11,693 bases of DNA from Candidatus Izemoplasmatales bacterium (lineage in GTDB: Bacteria; Bacillota_I; Bacilli_A; Izemoplasmatales; Hujiaoplasmataceae), in the NCBI GenBank assembly GCA_050177605.1, contig JBFXGX010000014.1, forward strand, positions 31,731 through 43,423, read 5' to 3'. Every line of letters begins with the position of its first letter. Within the stretch, counting starts at the first letter, position 1. The notes under the pieces were generated by a model. It worked only from the letters and a program-made list of their open reading frames with translations, made no database searches and was not told where the DNA came from. Shown one piece after another: positions 7,956 to 11,693 of this stretch. A program made the position numbers and the translations under genes.

Positions 7956-8354
7956 ATGGTTATGACAGATCCAATTGCGGATATGCTTACAAGAATCCGT
8001 AACGCAAATCAAATGAAAAAACAAACAGTGGACATGCCTGCGTCAAAATTAAAAGCAGAAATTCTTTCTTTGTTAAAACAAGAAGGTTTTATTACTGATT
8101 TTGAAGTAGTTAACGAGGGTGTTCAAGGGACGATCAAAGTCACATTAAAATATTTATCAAACTCTGAAAGAGCGGTTAGAGGATTAAAGAAAATCTCCAA
8201 ACCAGGACTTAGAGTATATGCCAAAACAGACGAACTACCAAGAGTGTTAAATGGCTTAGGTATCGCTATTGTCTCAACTTCAAAAGGGATTATGACAGAT
8301 AGAGAAGCTAGAAAACAACAAGTTGGTGGAGAAGTTTTAGCATACGTTTGGTAA
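7956..8354 (+). CDS. rpsH: 30S ribosomal protein S8 (uS8)
   Basis: [45 protein letters not shown]. Confidence 0.99.
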   Translation: MVMTDPIADMLTRIRNANQMKKQTVDMPASKLKAEILSLLKQEGFITDFEVVNEGVQGTIKVTLKYLSNSERAVRGLKKISKPGLRVYAKTDELPRVLNGLGIAIVSTSKGIMTDREARKQQVGGEVLAYVW

Positions 8355-8409
8355 TTCAACACTATAAAAAATATTAGAGAAAGAAAATTAACGGAGGTGC
8401 AAGAAAACT

Positions 8410-8952
8410 ATGAGTCGTGTAGGTAAGTTAGCCATCACTGTTCCAGCAGAAGTTACAATTACTGTAACTGCTAAAAATGATGTAACAGTTAAAGGGCCAA
8501 AAGGTACACTTGAATTTTCATTTCATCCTGAGATGAAAATTGCGACTGCAAACAATGAAGTTTCTGTAACCCGACCATCTGATTCGTTAAAACACCGTGC
8601 TTTACATGGTACAACAAGAGCATTATTAGCGAACATGGTTAAAGGTGTAACTGATGGTTACACAAAGATCCTTGATATCAAGGGTGTTGGTTACCGTGCG
8701 TCATTAAAAGACAGTAAAACATTAGTAGTAAACGTTGGATATTCAAATCCAGTCGAAGTAGAAATTCCAGCAGGATTAACAGTAGAGATTCCAGTCAACA
8801 CTGAAATCCACATCAAAGGAATTGATAAACAAGCGGTAGGAGAATTTGCCGCAAACGTTCGCAAAATCAGACAACCAGAACCATACCAAGGTAAAGGTAT
8901 CAGATATCGTGGCGAATTTGTACGTCGTAAAGAAGGGAAAACTGCTAAGTAA
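8410..8952 (+). CDS. rplF: 50S ribosomal protein L6 (uL6)
   Basis: MSRVGK, VKGPKGTL, HGTTRALL.NMV.GV, GVGYRA, PEPYQGKGIRY. Confidence 0.99.
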   Translation: MSRVGKLAITVPAEVTITVTAKNDVTVKGPKGTLEFSFHPEMKIATANNEVSVTRPSDSLKHRALHGTTRALLANMVKGVTDGYTKILDIKGVGYRASLKDSKTLVVNVGYSNPVEVEIPAGLTVEIPVNTEIHIKGIDKQAVGEFAANVRKIRQPEPYQGKGIRYRGEFVRRKEGKTAK

Positions 8953-8970
8953 TAGCAGGCGGGTGAAATT

Positions 8971-9324
8971 ATGTTTAATCCAGTAGATAAAAATGCTCAA
9001 CGCGTGAAACGTCACGGCCGTATTAGAGCAAACATTTCAGGAACAGCTGCTAGACCTCGTTTAAATGTTTTCCGTTCAAACAAAGGTATATATTGTCAAG
9101 TTATCGATGATATCGCCGGAACAACACTTGTTAGTGCTTCTAGTTTAGAAATTGAAGGAGCAAAAGGAAATGTTGAAGGCGCATCAGCAGTTGGTACACT
9201 AATTGCGAAAAAAGCATTAGAAAAAAATATCAAAGTTGTCGTATTCGATCGTGGTGGGTACATTTACCACGGAAGAGTCAAAGCTTTAGCTGAGGCTGCA
9301 AGAGCAGCTGGGCTAGAATTCTAA
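8971..9324 (+). CDS. rplR: 50S ribosomal protein L18 (uL18)
   Basis: [41 protein letters not shown]. Confidence 0.99.
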   Translation: MFNPVDKNAQRVKRHGRIRANISGTAARPRLNVFRSNKGIYCQVIDDIAGTTLVSASSLEIEGAKGNVEGASAVGTLIAKKALEKNIKVVVFDRGGYIYHGRVKALAEAARAAGLEF

Positions 9325-9341
9325 AGAAGGAGGGTACCCAA

Positions 9342-9890
9342 GTGTTAGAGAATAATCAAAAAGATGGAGAAAGAAAACCATCTCGCGCTCCACGCACGAA
9401 AAAAAGAGAAGAAAAACTTTATGAAGAAAGAGTTGTCAATATCGGTAGGGTAACCAAGGTTGTTAAAGGTGGTAGACGTTTCAGTTTCACTGCTTTAGTT
9501 GTTATCGGAGATCGTAAAGGTCGCGTTGGATTTGGAACAGGAAAAGCTTCTGAAGTTCCAGATGCAATCAAGAAAGCAATTGAAGATGCGAAAAAGAATA
9601 TGATCACTGTTCCTATGAATGGAACAACCATTCCTCACACAATCACTGGCCGTTATGGCGCTGCTAAAGTATTCTTACGTCCAGCAGTAGAAGGAACCGG
9701 AGTTATTGCCGGAGGCGCAGTTCGTGCCGTCCTTGAACTTGCAGGAGTTGAAGACGTATTAAGTAAATCTTTAGGATCAAATTCACCAATCAATATCGTT
9801 AGAGCAACTGCAGCAGCATTAAGCGAAATGCGTTCTATCGAAGCAATTGCTGAAACACGCGGTTTAAGCGTGAAGGAGGTATTGCAATAA
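9342..9890 (+). CDS. rpsE: 30S ribosomal protein S5 (uS5)
   Basis: [49 protein letters not shown] start 9342 after SD AAGGAGG. Confidence 0.98.
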   Translation: MLENNQKDGERKPSRAPRTKKREEKLYEERVVNIGRVTKVVKGGRRFSFTALVVIGDRKGRVGFGTGKASEVPDAIKKAIEDAKKNMITVPMNGTTIPHTITGRYGAAKVFLRPAVEGTGVIAGGAVRAVLELAGVEDVLSKSLGSNSPINIVRATAAALSEMRSIEAIAETRGLSVKEVLQ

Positions 9891-10072
9891 TGGCACAAGT
9901 TAAAGTTACCTTGGTTAAAGGTTTAATGGGCCGCAAACCAAACCAAGTTGCTACTGTTAAGGCTTTAGGTCTTAACAAAAGAAATTCTTCTGTAGTTAAA
10001 GAAGAAAATGATGCAGTAAACGGAATGATTAATACCATCCGTCATCTTGTAAAAGTTGAACAAGTTAAGTAG
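9890..10072 (+). CDS. rpmD: 50S ribosomal protein L30 (uL30)
   Basis: KVTLVK...GR...Q..TVKALGL.K, GMI....HLVKVE; TAATG overlap with rpsE. Confidence 0.98.
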   Translation: MAQVKVTLVKGLMGRKPNQVATVKALGLNKRNSSVVKEENDAVNGMINTIRHLVKVEQVK

Positions 10073-10084
10073 GAGGTGCAGTGA

Positions 10085-10525
10085 ATGAAACTACATGAAT
10101 TAAGTCCAGTTGCAGGCGCTACACACAGTAAAAAACGTGTTGGACGCGGAACAAGTAGCGGAAATGGAAAAACAGCAGGACGCGGACAAAAAGGCCAAAA
10201 TTCCCGTACTGGTGGAGGCGTTCGTTTAGGTTTTGAAGGAGGACAAACTCCTTTATACAAAAGATTACCAAAAAGAGGATTTACAAACTTCTTTAGAAAA
10301 GAATTTGCAATCGTCAATGTCTCAGATTTAAATTCATATCCTGATGGAACTGTTGTTACACCTGAATTATTATTGCAAGACCGTAAGGTTGGAGCATTAC
10401 TAAATGGTGTGAAGGTTTTAGGTAAAGGTGAATTAAAATCAAACCTTACTGTCAAAGCTCATAAATTCTCGGCTTCTGCAAAGAAAGCAATTGAAGTTGC
10501 CGGGGGCAAGACAGAGGTGATTTAA
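10085..10525 (+). CDS. rplO: 50S ribosomal protein L15 (uL15)
   Basis: [39 protein letters not shown]. Confidence 0.99.
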   Translation: MKLHELSPVAGATHSKKRVGRGTSSGNGKTAGRGQKGQNSRTGGGVRLGFEGGQTPLYKRLPKRGFTNFFRKEFAIVNVSDLNSYPDGTVVTPELLLQDRKVGALLNGVKVLGKGELKSNLTVKAHKFSASAKKAIEVAGGKTEVI

Positions 10526-11693
10526 TGATGGAGACTTTAAAAAAGATATTAAAGAACAAAGAAGTCCTTAAAAAAATCGGATTTACTTTACTTGCTTTTT
10601 TAGTTTTCAAATTATTAACTTATGTTACAATGCCACTTATTAATGCAGCATCTTTAACAGATCTATTTAATAACAGTGGTTTCCTAGGAATCGTGAACTC
10701 GATTTCAGGTAATGCCTTAAGCAATTACTCAATTATCGCTTTAGGTATCAGTCCTTACATTACCGCATCTATCGTTATCCAAATGTTACAAATGGATATC
10801 ATCCCAGTTCTTAAAGAATGGGGCGAAGAAGGCGAAGTAGGACGTCAAAAAATAAGCCGTTTGACTAGATATACAGCCATGGGTCTTGCATTCATTCAAG
10901 CATTAGCGATGACGTTTGCATTCCATAGTCAACAATCATCATTATTCGAATTTGGTGTTTCAGACTGGGCTACTGCAAACGGACATAACTTATGGTTCTT
11001 AGTGTATTTCTATATTGCCGTAGTATTAACTGCAGGTACAGCATTTACAATTTGGTTAGCTGACCAAATTACGTTAAGAGGAATTGGAAATGGTTCATCA
11101 ATGTTAATCGTTGCTGGTATCATCATCAGTTTCCCTCAAACAATTGCTTCCTTAGTACAATATTACATTACTGATCCAAACGGCGCTATGACGACAGTAT
11201 CTGGTGTCCAAGGACAATGGCAAGGCTATGTATTATTCGGCGTTAGTATCTTAATGTTCATCATCGTTCTCGTTGGTGTTACATTCATGCAAGATGCGCA
11301 AAGAAAAGTACCTATCCAATACGCGAACCGTCCAGCAAGTTCAAAATTAGCTGGTAAATCCGAATCCAACATTCCAATTAAGATTAACACTGCCGGCGTT
11401 ATCCCAGTTGTGTTCTCATCGATTATTCTTTCTTTACCAATGACTATTGCGAACTATATTACCATTGGTTCATCAACAGTTTCTAACTGGTTAAGTCAAA
11501 TATTCACCTATACAGAACCGATTGGTTTCGCTTTCTATGTCATCTTAATCGTTGTATTCTCATTCTTCTATTCGTTCATCTTAATTAAGCCTGAACAAAC
11601 AGCGGAAAACTTACAAAAACAAAATGCATACATCCCAGGAGTTCGTCCTGGAAACGAAACAGAAGCATATATTACGAAAACATTATTTAGAGT
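10525..11693 (+). CDS. secY: Preprotein translocase subunit SecY (partial, 3' truncated by window)
   Basis: Manual translation from ATG 10525 (or 10528) is open to the window end: [14 protein letters not shown]..., SIIALGISPYITASIVIQML, WLADQIT.RGIGNGSS, RKVPIQY, PIKINTAGVIPVVF, AENLQKQNAYIPGVRPG. Multiple TM helices; TAATG overlap with rplO; SD GAGGTG at 10514-10519. Confidence 0.99.
   Translation, partial: MMETLKKILKNKEVLKKIGFTLLAFLVFKLLTYVTMPLINAASLTDLFNNSGFLGIVNSISGNALSNYSIIALGISPYITASIVIQMLQMDIIPVLKEWGEEGEVGRQKISRLTRYTAMGLAFIQALAMTFAFHSQQSSLFEFGVSDWATANGHNLWFLVYFYIAVVLTAGTAFTIWLADQITLRGIGNGSSMLIVAGIIISFPQTIASLVQYYITDPNGAMTTVSGVQGQWQGYVLFGVSILMFIIVLVGVTFMQDAQRKVPIQYANRPASSKLAGKSESNIPIKINTAGVIPVVFSSIILSLPMTIANYITIGSSTVSNWLSQIFTYTEPIGFAFYVILIVVFSFFYSFILIKPEQTAENLQKQNAYIPGVRPGNETEAYITKTLFR

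Noticed and set aside
8355..8409. 55-nt rpsH-rplF spacer as an internal promoter or terminator
   Set aside because: No correctly spaced -35/-10 pair and no hairpin.
2306..10455. All minus-strand ORFs of 60-137 aa in the track (e.g. 2306-2620, 6413-6766, 10042-10455)
   Set aside because: They lie antisense to highly conserved r-protein genes and carry no recognisable motifs; these are shadow ORFs arising from codon bias.
1..11693. Mobile elements, introns/inteins, CRISPR arrays, tRNA/rRNA, frameshifted pseudogenes
   Set aside because: All genes are intact with normal lengths and canonical order, spacers are short, and no repeat arrays or RNA-gene signatures are visible.

Overview
AT-rich bacterial chromosome window that is almost entirely the canonical S10-spc ribosomal protein cluster on the + strand: rpsJ-rplC-rplD-rplW-rplB-rpsS-rplV-rpsC-rplP-rpmC-rpsQ-rplN-rplX-rplE-rpsN-rpsH-rplF-rplR-rpsE-rpmD-rplO-secY. 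secY is cut by the window end and missing from the ORF track. Upstream are the 3' end of an unidentified ORF and a membrane-anchored PI-PLC X-domain phosphodiesterase gene. Two tandem sigma70/sigmaA promoters and a structured ~135-nt leader precede rpsJ. Protein signatures and TGG-only Trp codons suggest a low-GC Bacillota/Mollicutes-related lineage using code 11, such as Acholeplasmatales or Izemoplasmatales (inference). I see no mobile element, CRISPR, tRNA/rRNA or clearly novel system. The best leads are the rpsJ leader RNA, the PI-PLC-like gene pair, and atypical residues or insertions in the exit-tunnel proteins L4, L22 and L24.
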